Part shown: positions 19,531 to 28,445 of the stretch, piece after piece
How the letters are laid out: the number at the start of each line of letters is the position of its first letter
Position numbering within the stretch: position 1 is the first letter of the stretch
Virus record (IMG/VR): IMGVR_UViG_3300021400_004415
From: an uncultured virus (IMG/VR IMGVR_UViG_3300021400_004415)
Lineage: Duplodnaviria; Heunggongvirae; Uroviricota; Caudoviricetes
Strand: one strand, 5' to 3'
DNA length: 64,000 nt
Program-made: the position numbers and the translations under genes
The notes under the pieces: model-generated
What the model was told of the DNA's origin: nothing
Databases searched by the model: none
Seen by the model: the letters and a program-made list of their open reading frames with translations, nothing else

Positions 19531-20069
19531 ATTGTTTTGCTTTTTTCATTAGAAAGGGAGCGCGACCATGCCGGGACGATTATGCCTCGAGCTATATCGT
19601 TATTGAAGACACGGAAGAAACGGTCGCATTCGTCCATGTCCTTCTGCTTTTCAAATTCCGGGACACTATAGAGATACCAGCCTCCGGTTTCCGGGAGTTT
19701 GTTCTTCTGCCAGTACATGTCGGCGGAGTAGATGTCGCGTCCTTCTTTCAGGAGGGCGCGGCTTTCCTCGACGCTGGTTACACTGTCGTACAGGGATTTA
19801 TTCTCGTACTCCCACATCGCCCGGCGTCCCTCGTTGGTAAGGAAATACTTCCACCACATCTCATCTACGTATCTATCTACGACAAAGTCCTTCTTCTTGA
19901 GTTTTCCAAGATAAGAGCCTGCGCAGAGTTTCCCTTTACGAGGAGCGTAGGTTATCAGGTATTCCTGTCCCGGTTCAGTGAAGAAGAGTTTAGCAAAATG
20001 CCCGACGACGATGCCGTCAGGGTATTGCTTAAGGATAGACAGGGCCTTATACTGTTTCGGGGTTAACAT
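19527..20069 (-). CDS. Hypothetical protein with winged-helix-like N-terminus
   Basis: 'LTPKQYKALSIL..LGKLKKKDFV..YFLTNEGR' MarR-like wing pattern. Confidence 0.55.
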   Translation of the reverse strand: MLTPKQYKALSILKQYPDGIVVGHFAKLFFTEPGQEYLITYAPRKGKLCAGSYLGKLKKKDFVVDRYVDEMWWKYFLTNEGRRAMWEYENKSLYDSVTSVEESRALLKEGRDIYSADMYWQKNKLPETGGWYLYSVPEFEKQKDMDECDRFFRVFNNDIARGIIVPAWSRSLSNEKSKTI

Positions 20070-20568
20070 GACAAAAGTGTGAGTCTTCTATTTTTCCCTG
20101 TAATTCCTGCAGTTCTACAATCTGAAAATACATGACGGGGAGGAATGTACTCTCGCTGCCATGCCGTACACGTATGAGGAGCTTGTCGTCCGAGGCGTGT
20201 AGTGACATGATATCCAGGCTTTCATTGCTTCGCTCAGATGTGTCATACATAATCGCATCTACGTATAACATCCTTTCTCCTGAATGGATAGTTATCATCG
20301 GGAACGGATAGATGCCGTCGTCGTTTTTGAAGACGAACCATTCAATGAAAAGAAGGTGTTCCACGTATAGGCGGTCCCTTTTTGAGACGTCGACTCTTTT
20401 TAAGCTTTTTGAGACGTTGACTATTGTCTCCTCGTCTTGCGTTTCCCCCACAAATCCCTCGTTTGTCTCCGGGCGCTTCTTGGGCTTAATGGCCAGCACA
20501 CACAGGGGCGTTATGACACACAGGGTAACCATTGTGAAAATGATGATTGAAACAATAGGAATATTCAT
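20047..20568 (-). CDS. Hypothetical protein with N-terminal membrane anchor
   Basis: Hydrophobic N-terminal helix; operon packing. Confidence 0.6.
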   Translation of the reverse strand: MNIPIVSIIIFTMVTLCVITPLCVLAIKPKKRPETNEGFVGETQDEETIVNVSKSLKRVDVSKRDRLYVEHLLFIEWFVFKNDDGIYPFPMITIHSGERMLYVDAIMYDTSERSNESLDIMSLHASDDKLLIRVRHGSESTFLPVMYFQIVELQELQGKIEDSHFCHVNPETV

Positions 20569-20617
20569 AATGTGCGTTGTTCTATGGTTATATTCTGAGT
20601 ATAAAAGCGGGATTCTT

Positions 20618-21382
20618 CTAATTGGAGACAGGGTCTTCGCAGAGTTTCAGGAACGATTTTTTCCAGTAGACGGATGCGCCTGTTTCTTTGCAGGTGTCAT
20701 TCACGATGTCCGCAAATTGTTTCAGTTGCGTTTTGTCATAGTCCGTTTTACCTGACAGCAACCCGAATTTATATGTATCGCAAGCGCCTTTGCTCTTGCT
20801 GAATACGTCCATGGCCTTCCGGACGTCGATGATAGGCTCGAACGAAGCGAAGGTGCGGAACCCTTCCGCGTGGAGGGATTGCATTGCTTCGAGCCTGTCG
20901 GCGTTGGATGCCACTGTCCGTCCTCTTTCCATTTCATCCATGCCGGTGAGGGTGAATCCGATGCTGACATGATCCTTGATTTGGAGCAGTGCGGACATGA
21001 TGTTTTCATCTTTCAGCCACCAGGCGCATTTGGTTAACAGCTGACAGCGGATATCCATGCCTGCCGCCAGGCTGACGCACATCAGTGTGAGGTCAGTCGT
21101 CTCCGGTAGACAGGGGTCGCTTGAGAACGAGAAGAAGAGGCCGTCGCTGTGGCGGAGTTCGTCAGCGTGCCGGGTCGCTTCCTTGATGAAGGTCTGGAAG
21201 GCGTCTGTCTGGTCGGAGAAGCATTTCTTCAGTTTCGCTTCCTTTCCTCCGGCGACCGTTCCGAGGACTCCTTTCTTGCAGTAGCAGTAGTCACAGTCGT
21301 TGCTGCAGCCCACGAAAAAGTTACAGGCCCATTGTGCGTATTCGCCGGCCTTGCCGACGGGTTTATAGATGCATTTTCCCAT
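20618..21382 (-). CDS. Radical SAM protein (spore photoproduct lyase-like, phage-type)
   Basis: CxxxCxxC 'GCSNDCDYCYC', 'FSFSSDP', 'LLTK', 'ASFEPI'. Confidence 0.85.
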   Translation of the reverse strand: MGKCIYKPVGKAGEYAQWACNFFVGCSNDCDYCYCKKGVLGTVAGGKEAKLKKCFSDQTDAFQTFIKEATRHADELRHSDGLFFSFSSDPCLPETTDLTLMCVSLAAGMDIRCQLLTKCAWWLKDENIMSALLQIKDHVSIGFTLTGMDEMERGRTVASNADRLEAMQSLHAEGFRTFASFEPIIDVRKAMDVFSKSKGACDTYKFGLLSGKTDYDKTQLKQFADIVNDTCKETGASVYWKKSFLKLCEDPVSN

Positions 21383-21383
21383 T

Positions 21384-21566
21384 TTACAACTTGTCTTCAA
21401 TCCATGGTTTCAGTTGTTCGTAATCTTCGGTTCCCTCCGGAACCTCTACAACCTGTTCGTTTACGCCTACGGTATTCTCTGCAAGCAGTTTCTCCTTGCT
21501 TGGATAGAAGTCACTTACGATACAGTTCGTAACGTTGTCGGCGATAAAGTAAATTGCTTTCTTCAT
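21384..21566 (-). CDS. Small hypothetical protein
   Basis: 60-aa ORF filling the gap between co-oriented genes. Confidence 0.55.
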   Translation of the reverse strand: MKKAIYFIADNVTNCIVSDFYPSKEKLLAENTVGVNEQVVEVPEGTEDYEQLKPWIEDKL

Positions 21567-21572
21567 GTTTTT

Positions 21573-22070
21573 TCAGTCTTTGTAAAACACGACGAATATC
21601 GTCTTCTCCTTCGGTGAGAAACGGACGACCGGCTTGGCCGGGAAGATGTCTTCAATGACACCGTACTTGATTTGCTGTTCGTTCCACTTGAAGATGAGTG
21701 TTCCTTGAGGCTTCAGCACTCTCCAGCACTCGTGCAGGCCTTGGGCGAGGTATTCCTTCCAGCCGATTTCCGGAAGCCTCCCGTATTTCTTCGCCAGCCA
21801 GGAGGAGTCCCCGGCGTTGCGTAGGTGCGGCGGGTCGAAGATGACGAGGGGGAACGTCCCGTCCTCGAAGGGGAGTTCCCGGAAGTCCATGAGCATATCG
21901 GGATGGACATGCAGTTCACGGTATCCGCCGGGGCTGCTGGCGTCCTTAAGCCGAGTGTCCGCCTCACGGATGTCACCGAAGAGGACGCGGGGATCTTCCC
22001 GGTCAACGTAGAACATACGCGAGCCGCTGCACGGGTCGAGGATGGGCTTCAATAATTGGGAATTTGCCAT
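21573..22070 (-). CDS. Small class I SAM-dependent (probable DNA adenine) methyltransferase
   Basis: 'ILDPCSGSRMF', 'IFDPPHL', 'RVLKPQGTLIFKWNE'. Confidence 0.85.
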   Translation of the reverse strand: MANSQLLKPILDPCSGSRMFYVDREDPRVLFGDIREADTRLKDASSPGGYRELHVHPDMLMDFRELPFEDGTFPLVIFDPPHLRNAGDSSWLAKKYGRLPEIGWKEYLAQGLHECWRVLKPQGTLIFKWNEQQIKYGVIEDIFPAKPVVRFSPKEKTIFVVFYKD

Positions 22071-22312
22071 TCGTCGTATTCTTCTTTGGTGATACATTCA
22101 ACATCGAACTCATCGGCCTTATAGGTGTCTCCCTCGCAGGCCATCTCTCCCCAGCCGTCTACCTCGAGTGCGTGAGGAATGCCGTTCTCTGGAGAGGGCA
22201 GCATGCCGACCATCTCTTCGATTTCAGCGAAAAGCATCTGACTGCCGGCAGGGGCATCGACGACCTGGCGGCGGTTACGGATTTTGTTGATGATTTTAAA
22301 ATAGCGTCCCAT
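22049..22312 (-). CDS. Hypothetical protein
   Basis: 87-aa ORF overlapping the downstream start. Confidence 0.6.
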   Translation of the reverse strand: MGRYFKIINKIRNRRQVVDAPAGSQMLFAEIEEMVGMLPSPENGIPHALEVDGWGEMACEGDTYKADEFDVECITKEEYDEWQIPNY

Positions 22313-22314
22313 GA

Positions 22315-22578
22315 CTAATCGTCTTTGTGTTTTTTCAGTTTCGCTGTGGCTTCCTTGTCAAGCTGGAGGTTTTCAGGTTTCTCGTAGAAGGTCGTTACAG
22401 TGGTGATGAACTGGTTCCTTATGTCGCGGGTGATCGCGGCCACCCTGACTTTTACGTTTCCGTTTGGAAGCACGTCAAGGACTTCCCCCAGCATCCCGTT
22501 AAGGGGCCCGTGGTTCCTTAGTACCTTGACGGCGCATCCTGTCTCGATGATATCCTGTTTTGAAGGAGTGTTCGGCAT
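22315..22578 (-). CDS. Hypothetical protein with KOW/SH3-like motif
   Basis: 'GCAVKVLRNHGPLNGMLGEVLDV' KOW-like. Confidence 0.55.
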   Translation of the reverse strand: MPNTPSKQDIIETGCAVKVLRNHGPLNGMLGEVLDVLPNGNVKVRVAAITRDIRNQFITTVTTFYEKPENLQLDKEATAKLKKHKDD

Positions 22579-22579
22579 G

Positions 22580-22693
22580 TTATTTTCTTTTTGCGGTTTT
22601 GAAGAGTCTCCAGGGTTTCAGGCTGAGGAGGTAGATTGTCGCCAGAAGCCAGATGAGGATTATGGCGAAAAGGATGATATAGACAGCTTCCAT
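22580..22693 (-). CDS. 37-aa single-transmembrane peptide (not in ORF track)
   Basis: MEAVYIILFAIILIWLLATIYLLSLKPWRLFKTAKRK; fills the gap between neighbouring genes. Confidence 0.6.
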   Translation of the reverse strand: MEAVYIILFAIILIWLLATIYLLSLKPWRLFKTAKRK

Positions 22694-22707
22694 GACAGTG
22701 TATTGGC

Positions 22708-23334
22708 TTAAGATTTAATCGTATTCAGTATTTTCTGCAATTCGTATTTGTTGGATTCAAATGAACATGGTTGTTCAACAATAGTCCAGAAAATATTTTC
22801 AGCATTATCCATTACTTTATAATGAACACAATTGTGATTGTCATCTATATATTCCAAGCCTACGGCAAGGATGGTATATTCATCCAGGATGACGATTGTC
22901 TCGATTATCTTTTTAAGTTGTATTTTGCAATCTTGGAGAACGATTTGAGATTCGATATCTTTTCCTTTTTGCAGGAGTGTGTCTGCAATCTTTTTTCTTA
23001 TGATATCAATATCTTTTGACAACATTTTTTTCCATTTTGAATATGCAAAATGCTGTAATCCCAGAGTGAATATTGCGAGAATAAAAATTCCACTGAGATT
23101 TTTTGATATGGGTGAATCCGCTATAAAGATTCCCCAAATTAGCTGTATTACGAAAGCACAGAATACAAGCGACAGCGATGTGCTTATTTGCCACGCAAAG
23201 AAACTTGGAATATTTTTTTCTTTGATTACTATTGCACCGAAAAAGAGGATGCACGCCATGAACATCATCAGTAATGAGATGATGGTTATAATAATACCTA
23301 TAGTATTGGATACGTTATTTACAAGATTTTCCAT
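22708..23334 (-). CDS. AT-rich membrane protein (3 N-terminal TM segments)
   Basis: Hydrophobic helices; visibly lower GC than neighbours. Confidence 0.65.
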   Translation of the reverse strand: MENLVNNVSNTIGIIITIISLLMMFMACILFFGAIVIKEKNIPSFFAWQISTSLSLVFCAFVIQLIWGIFIADSPISKNLSGIFILAIFTLGLQHFAYSKWKKMLSKDIDIIRKKIADTLLQKGKDIESQIVLQDCKIQLKKIIETIVILDEYTILAVGLEYIDDNHNCVHYKVMDNAENIFWTIVEQPCSFESNKYELQKILNTIKS

Positions 23335-23341
23335 AATTGAT

Positions 23342-23722
23342 TTATCTTTCCCAGTAGTATTGCACGAAATAATCCGATGTATCCCCGATATCCATGATTT
23401 CCTTGTTAGGTCCCACGACGGTAATGTGTCGCGGGTTCTGGATGGATATCATATAGACGTGTCCTTCCTTGGCGACGGTGTCGATGAACTGCTTCACGGT
23501 CATCGTCTTTTGGGGCCTTTGTCTCTGGTAGCCCTTGGACTTCATGTAGTCCGTGATTTCGGTGATATGCGTGAAGTTGACGCTTCCCTGGTTGGCGGCG
23601 TGAGTGACGAGCTCGAAGACGGCTTTCATCCAGGTGATGCCGAAGAAGCCGGCTACGCCCCTGTAGGCGCAGTCCCTGACATGGAGTCCAGCCGGATTGG
23701 GGTTGTAATAGGTAAACATCAC
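23342..23722 (-). CDS. Phage-type hypothetical protein, possible cysteine-peptidase-like fold
   Basis: 'YYNPNP..RDCAYRG..HITVV..DIGD' with C, H, D in papain-like order. Confidence 0.55.
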   Translation of the reverse strand: MMFTYYNPNPAGLHVRDCAYRGVAGFFGITWMKAVFELVTHAANQGSVNFTHITEITDYMKSKGYQRQRPQKTMTVKQFIDTVAKEGHVYMISIQNPRHITVVGPNKEIMDIGDTSDYFVQYYWER

Positions 23723-23895
23723 GCCCTCGCCATTTTTACTTTCCGGCCTTCGGTCGAAGTCAGGTGTACTTTCGTGTCATCCTTCATTATGGCGGTGTAG
23801 CCGAGGATGCGGTTTCTGTCGTCACGGATGGTGATGAGTTTCTTTACGAGCGAGGCGTCGATGAAACCGTCGCTGACAGGTACAAGGTGTTTCAT
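23719..23895 (-). CDS. Small hypothetical protein
   Basis: Likely start MKHLVPV at 23895, 5 nt after the upstream stop; the longer ORF-track version overlaps 23901..24380. Confidence 0.5.
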   Translation of the reverse strand: MKHLVPVSDGFIDASLVKKLITIRDDRNRILGYTAIMKDDTKVHLTSTEGRKVKMARA

Positions 23896-23900
23896 GGTCC

Positions 23901-24380
23901 CTATGCGCTTTTCTGTTTGTAGAACTCTTCTTTCGAAATAACCACGGCCGTCCCCGTGAAGAAACGGGATTTCCCGTTGGGGTCCTTGAACTCCGGCACG
24001 GTGTACTTGAAGTCCCTGTCGGCGACGCCCCATTCGCCATGGTCGTATCCTTCTTTCTCCACCATGCCTACGCAGGCTAGGAAGTAGGTGTTCCCTGTGT
24101 CGTTGTCGGGGATGAACATGAAACATTCGCCGACGGAGGCCGATTCGAGCCTCTTAGTCTGGCGTCCTTCGTATTGCTTTTGGCGGTATTCCTTGAATTC
24201 CTTTCTTTTCTGACGCTCGTAGTTTATTGCTTCGGCGTGAAGGTTCGGATACTTGTTCCACAGGATACTCTCAACGAAACGGGTACGCTCGCTTGGTGAA
24301 AGGTAAGGTTTCTTTTCCTCGCTCCACTTGAGGATGTCGTTGAATTTCTCCGCGTATGGTTTATAGTCTGTCAGTTGCAT
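23901..24380 (-). CDS. Hypothetical protein
   Basis: 159-aa ORF, operon packing. Confidence 0.65.
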   Translation of the reverse strand: MQLTDYKPYAEKFNDILKWSEEKKPYLSPSERTRFVESILWNKYPNLHAEAINYERQKRKEFKEYRQKQYEGRQTKRLESASVGECFMFIPDNDTGNTYFLACVGMVEKEGYDHGEWGVADRDFKYTVPEFKDPNGKSRFFTGTAVVISKEEFYKQKSA

Positions 24381-24381
24381 A

Positions 24382-25251
24382 TCAGAATACGTTGTTTTTG
24401 TTAAGTTTGTCCTTGAACCATTCGGCTATGAGGGTGTCGGGGATGGTCGTGGCCCATAGGTCTTTGTTTTCCCTGTACGTCCTTTCCCACGGCGTCCCCT
24501 TGGCACGCTGCCTGTCGGCGGTTTTGGAGATGCCTTTCTCTGCCACTTTCGTGATTACCTCCTTTATGAGGGCTGCTACCTCAGGACGTTCTCTCTCCAG
24601 TGTGGCGGCGTTCTCTCTCGCCCCCGTCTCCCAGGCGGGAGCCTTGTTATATGCCTTCGGGAAGGCAACGCCGTATTTCCACATCTGGGGATGGTCGTCG
24701 GTCAGGCGTGTCATGCGCTGCGCCAGCGAGCAGCCGTAACAGATGTACATTACCAGCATGACAAGGTTCACGGACGCGGGTCTTCCCTTGGTGAGTTCCC
24801 GGTCGGTCTCGCCCCAGAACCAGGTGACGGCGGACGCGAGGACGGCGGCGTTGATGCCGTTGTCTATGAACCCCTCAGCCGTCCGGGGGAGGGCAAGGGC
24901 CTTCTCCCTCTCGGAGAGGGGTGCGGGCGGAAGGTCGTCTTCCTGCCCGGCCTTTCCCTTGCCGTTGATGGAGGTGACTATATTGAGGCCGTCGACGGCC
25001 CTCTTGCCCTTCTCTATCTCAGACAGGTACTCTTCCGCGGCTATGCCGGAGAGGGAGAGCCGGGAGGCGGCGCCGGGGTGGCGCTGGCGCCTCGGGGCGC
25101 CCTCGTTGTCTTTCTGGAGCCTCCGGGTGATATAGAGCTCGTTGAGTTTCGAGACGAACATCCCGGCGGCCTGCGGTTCATCCGCGGTCGCACCAGTGAG
25201 CCAGTCCATGAGGGCCTCGAAGTTCTGTTTAGTCAGGATATCGTCTGTCAT
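24382..25251 (-). CDS. Protein with C-terminal DUF4065 (SocA/Panacea)-like domain
   Basis: 'LVMLVMYICYG..LTDDHPQMWKYGVAFPKAY..GTPWERTY..IPDTLIAEWF' follows the Panacea pattern (KLxY..AWxYGPV..PW..I). Confidence 0.65.
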   Translation of the reverse strand: MTDDILTKQNFEALMDWLTGATADEPQAAGMFVSKLNELYITRRLQKDNEGAPRRQRHPGAASRLSLSGIAAEEYLSEIEKGKRAVDGLNIVTSINGKGKAGQEDDLPPAPLSEREKALALPRTAEGFIDNGINAAVLASAVTWFWGETDRELTKGRPASVNLVMLVMYICYGCSLAQRMTRLTDDHPQMWKYGVAFPKAYNKAPAWETGARENAATLERERPEVAALIKEVITKVAEKGISKTADRQRAKGTPWERTYRENKDLWATTIPDTLIAEWFKDKLNKNNVF

Positions 25252-25270
25252 TGTCTTGTGGTGTTAATAG

Positions 25271-25302
25271 GAAATAAGCGCGGGCCTTGTCAGACCCGCG
25301 CT
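25271..25302 (-). terminator. Terminator-like hairpin after the SSB-like gene
   Basis: agcgcggg 25277-25284 / cccgcgct 25295-25302; short T run on the minus strand. Confidence 0.55.
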
Positions 25303-25318
25303 CAGTCTTGGCTTCAGC

Positions 25319-25717
25319 CTACCAGTCTTCGCTGGCGTTCTGCTGGAACTCCTGGGGGGCGCCTCCTGCGGGGGCTGCGCCTCCGTTGTCCTTGACCTCG
25401 AACTCGAATTCCTTGAGGTTACCCAGGATGGGTGACTTCTGGTTGATGGCTTCGCCGGAGATGCCGTAGGTCTGGCGGTTGGCCTTGCCGATGTTCGCCT
25501 TGATCATGAAGGCGTTGCCGAACTGGTTGTTCGGGGTGGGCTTAACCTCCACGTCGAGGTTGATGATCTTCGAACCGTCTTCCTTGGTGGAGAAGTAGAT
25601 GGCGGGGTTCTGTTCGCCGACGGGGATGAAGATGCCCTTCATGCCTTCATGGATGATGGTCTTGTGTGTGAGTGCAGTCAGTGCGATGCTGCCGAGGTAA
25701 GTTTTGCGTTTTGCCAT
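25319..25717 (-). CDS. Putative phage-type single-stranded DNA-binding protein
   Basis: Beta-rich core, Gly/Pro linker and acidic-aromatic tail 'NASEDW'; next to exonuclease and annealase. Confidence 0.5.
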   Translation of the reverse strand: MAKRKTYLGSIALTALTHKTIIHEGMKGIFIPVGEQNPAIYFSTKEDGSKIINLDVEVKPTPNNQFGNAFMIKANIGKANRQTYGISGEAINQKSPILGNLKEFEFEVKDNGGAAPAGGAPQEFQQNASEDW

Positions 25718-25769
25718 GATACTTAAAATTTTAAGTGTTGAAATTTTGTTAAATAATGAATATTCGTTA

Positions 25770-25777
25770 CAAAGGTA
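25770..25777 (-). promoter_or_regulatory. Bacteroidetes -7 promoter box
   Basis: TACCTTTG on the minus strand upstream of 25717. Confidence 0.55.
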
Positions 25778-25815
25778 ATGTAATTTAATTAAAACACAAA
25801 TTTTTCTTGTGTTTT

Positions 25816-26838
25816 TTAGAGTACCTTGAAGACTCTTGGGCCCTGTGTGACGGTGTTGTACTTGTCCCAGATGGCCTTGTCGAAGGTCTTCAGCTCGTTC
25901 ACGTCCAGGGTGGAGACGGAGTATTTCTTGTACACCTCCGGTTCTTCCGTCCGGAATTTCTCTTCATCGAAGACGTTTTTCTTGTTATGCCTGTAGGTCA
26001 CCAGCGTTCTTGAGGGCTCTCCGGGTTTCCTGTAGACCAGCGAGGTGCCGTCCGCGATGCGTTCCTTTATCTGCATCGCCACCAGTGACAGTTCCTCTTC
26101 CGTCTCCTTCACTCGCTCAGAGAGTTGTTTGTACTGTTCTATGAGTGAGAGGTCGTTGTCATCCGCCTCGACGCTTTTCAGGGCGTTGCCCTTGGGCCAC
26201 AGGAGGCTCGTGTCCGATTCGGTCATCGGTTCCGGCGGGATGCCCTTCATGAGGTTCTCGAACCAGAAGTAATCCAGTTTCTCCTCGAGTGTCTTGAAGA
26301 AAGCCTCGTTGAACTGTATCCAGGTGTGTCCGAAGCAGAGGTTCGGCATTGAGCTCACCCAGGCCACGGCGGCGGTCTTCTTCTCCATGATACCCATTTG
26401 GTACTGTACCTGGCAGAACCAGTAGAGGGGTATGTTCTCGGGGTCGACGATCTTGTTTGTGGATTTCAGTTCCAGGATGAGCGAGTTCTTTTCGGTTTGT
26501 TCCGTTCCCGGTAGCCAGAAGAGCCTGTCGGGGCTCACCCTCAGGTGCGGTTTCTCGTTGCTTACTGCGAGCCAGTCGCCTGCCGTGGTGGGGTCCACGT
26601 AGCAGCCCGTGACGGCGGCGAAGTACTCTGCCGTGGAGGCTTCGAAGAAGTGTCCGTTGCGCATCGCGTCGGTCTCTTCCGTCGGGGGGATGATTCCCAT
26701 TCTCTGTTGGTAGAGTTTCAGCGGGGTGGTAAAGGGGCTTATCCCCATTACCGTTCCCGCGTCGGAGGAGCCCAGCCCTTTCTTCCTTTCTATGAGCCAG
26801 GCGTCCCTGTCCTTTGGTCTTACTATAGTGTATGACAT
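25816..26838 (-). CDS. YqaJ/lambda-exonuclease family protein
   Basis: 'WLIERKKGLGSSDAG', 'GHFFE', 'SPDRL', 'ILELKST', 'QVQYQM'. Confidence 0.92.
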   Translation of the reverse strand: MSYTIVRPKDRDAWLIERKKGLGSSDAGTVMGISPFTTPLKLYQQRMGIIPPTEETDAMRNGHFFEASTAEYFAAVTGCYVDPTTAGDWLAVSNEKPHLRVSPDRLFWLPGTEQTEKNSLILELKSTNKIVDPENIPLYWFCQVQYQMGIMEKKTAAVAWVSSMPNLCFGHTWIQFNEAFFKTLEEKLDYFWFENLMKGIPPEPMTESDTSLLWPKGNALKSVEADDNDLSLIEQYKQLSERVKETEEELSLVAMQIKERIADGTSLVYRKPGEPSRTLVTYRHNKKNVFDEEKFRTEEPEVYKKYSVSTLDVNELKTFDKAIWDKYNTVTQGPRVFKVL

Positions 26839-26860
26839 GGTCGTTCCTTGTTTTGGGTTA

Positions 26861-27550
26861 TCAAGCGGCCTTGCCTGCCGCCTTGAGGAGGGCCTTGAAG
26901 TCCTCGTCGGAGATGATGTACACCTTGGAGATGCGTTCGCGCAGTTTCTCCGGCGAGTCGGAGGATCCGGCCACCTTGGCTACGTTGGACGCCCAGTTGG
27001 AGCTCTGCGGCGTGAGAGTCTTCTTGGGTTTGTTTTCCGTTGTGGCCGTCGTGCCTGTCGAACTGCCCGCTGCGGTGTACTTGGTGGCGTCGGACTCCCA
27101 GTAGACGTCTGCGCCCACGCCCAGGAGTTTTGCTGCGCTGCCGATGGCGTCGGAGATGGCTTTCTTGTAACTGTCGTCGTCGACGTAGTCCTTGCCTGAG
27201 CCCTCCTTACGCTTGAAGATATTGCCGCCGTTGCCGGGGATGGGGTCGCTCCACTGCCCGGTCTTAGGGTCACGGACGTACAGGTTCAGGTCTACGAAGG
27301 CCACGGTGGTGTCGGCGTTGCCGGCTTCCAGCCACTTGTTCGTGATTTCGATTTTCCAGCCGATGCCGCAGGGTCCGAAGACCTCCGTGAGCGCCTTGAT
27401 GCGCCACATGGGGTTGATGTCGGTCTTGCCGCGCAGGCGTCCTTCGCTGATGGTTTTCTTCGCTTCCTGGGGAACGTTTCTGAGGATGTTGTAGAACTCA
27501 ACGTTCTTTTCAGAGGCGTTGGGTGTCTTCTTGTTGTCTTTTTCTTCCAT
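26861..27550 (-). CDS. Rad52/Sak-like single-strand annealing protein
   Basis: 'INPMWRIKALTEVFGPCGIGW', 'YKKAISDAIGSAAKLLGVGADVY'. Confidence 0.8.
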   Translation of the reverse strand: MEEKDNKKTPNASEKNVEFYNILRNVPQEAKKTISEGRLRGKTDINPMWRIKALTEVFGPCGIGWKIEITNKWLEAGNADTTVAFVDLNLYVRDPKTGQWSDPIPGNGGNIFKRKEGSGKDYVDDDSYKKAISDAIGSAAKLLGVGADVYWESDATKYTAAGSSTGTTATTENKPKKTLTPQSSNWASNVAKVAGSSDSPEKLRERISKVYIISDEDFKALLKAAGKAA

Positions 27551-27552
27551 GG

Positions 27553-27885
27553 TTATGAGAAATTTAGGGTTAATTGCTTTCCTGAGAACAGGTTCCAGAC
27601 ATTCTGTTTGTTGACGAGGTACCAGTTCCCGTTGCGTGTCACAACCCTGTCGTTGACGAACAGGGAGAGGACGGTGTTGATGAGCCTGACGCTCTTCCGG
27701 GTGGCCGGAGTGTTACCGTTAAGGGTGATGGTCTTCGGAAACCTATTCACTTTCATGCAGCAGTCCTCATGGAGGAACACTTCGGTGCAGTCCCCGACGG
27801 TGTTGCACTGCCTGTCAGGGAGTATGATGTTTCCGCAATCCTTGAGGGTGTCTGCGATTTTCTGGTTGAGTGTATTGTTCTTCAT
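27553..27885 (-). CDS. Hypothetical protein
   Basis: 110-aa ORF, 2 nt from the next start. Confidence 0.6.
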   Translation of the reverse strand: MKNNTLNQKIADTLKDCGNIILPDRQCNTVGDCTEVFLHEDCCMKVNRFPKTITLNGNTPATRKSVRLINTVLSLFVNDRVVTRNGNWYLVNKQNVWNLFSGKQLTLNFS

Positions 27886-27939
27886 GTCGTGTTTCTTTTT
27901 TTTCTTTCCTGGGGAGTAATCGTTTCCGGTATCGCCTTT

Positions 27940-28185
27940 TCATTTCGAACTGATGCCGTGGAGGGCCAGCATGAAGCTGACCTTGTTGTCATCTATCTGT
28001 TCACCCTCTTCCTCCGCTTTGAGGATAAGGAGGGTGGTGCAGATATCCACCGCGTCGTTTCTTACGTTCTTGATATAGGGTTTATCCGTCTTGGCGTAGA
28101 TGATATACCTGTCAAGTGTCTTTACCAGCGTGACGGAGAGGTCTATGGCGATATCGAGGATGATTTGTTTTACTGTGCTACCCAT
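27940..28185 (-). CDS. Hypothetical protein
   Basis: 81-aa ORF overlapping the upstream gene. Confidence 0.55.
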   Translation of the reverse strand: MGSTVKQIILDIAIDLSVTLVKTLDRYIIYAKTDKPYIKNVRNDAVDICTTLLILKAEEEGEQIDDNKVSFMLALHGISSK

Positions 28186-28418
28186 AGCCTTCCCTTGGAT
28201 ATCTGTCCGAGGACGAGTTCGGTCTTGTCCTCCAGTTCCTTCCTTGTGACTATGCTTCCTTTGCAGAACGAGGTCACGAGGTACCTGTCTTCTTTCTCTT
28301 TGAGAATGGTCTTGGTGTAGTTGATGCCCGGCGCCACCTTCACTATGAAGTTCTTTTTGCCGGCGTCCACGAGCTGCAGGAGCTCTTTGACGGAGTTGAT
28401 CTTAGTTAGTTTTTTCAT
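28170..28418 (-). CDS. Hypothetical protein, first gene of the minus-strand run
   Basis: Likely start MKKLTKI at 28418 after an A-rich leader; the ORF-track extension runs into the hairpin element. Confidence 0.6.
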   Translation of the reverse strand: MKKLTKINSVKELLQLVDAGKKNFIVKVAPGINYTKTILKEKEDRYLVTSFCKGSIVTRKELEDKTELVLGQISKGRLWVAQ

Positions 28419-28445
28419 GTATTGTTCGTTTTTCAGTTTCAAAAA

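Noticed and set aside
16944..28418. Prophage
   Set aside because: Phage-like early genes only; no terminase, portal, capsid, tail or lysis genes recognised, and the flanks are conjugative
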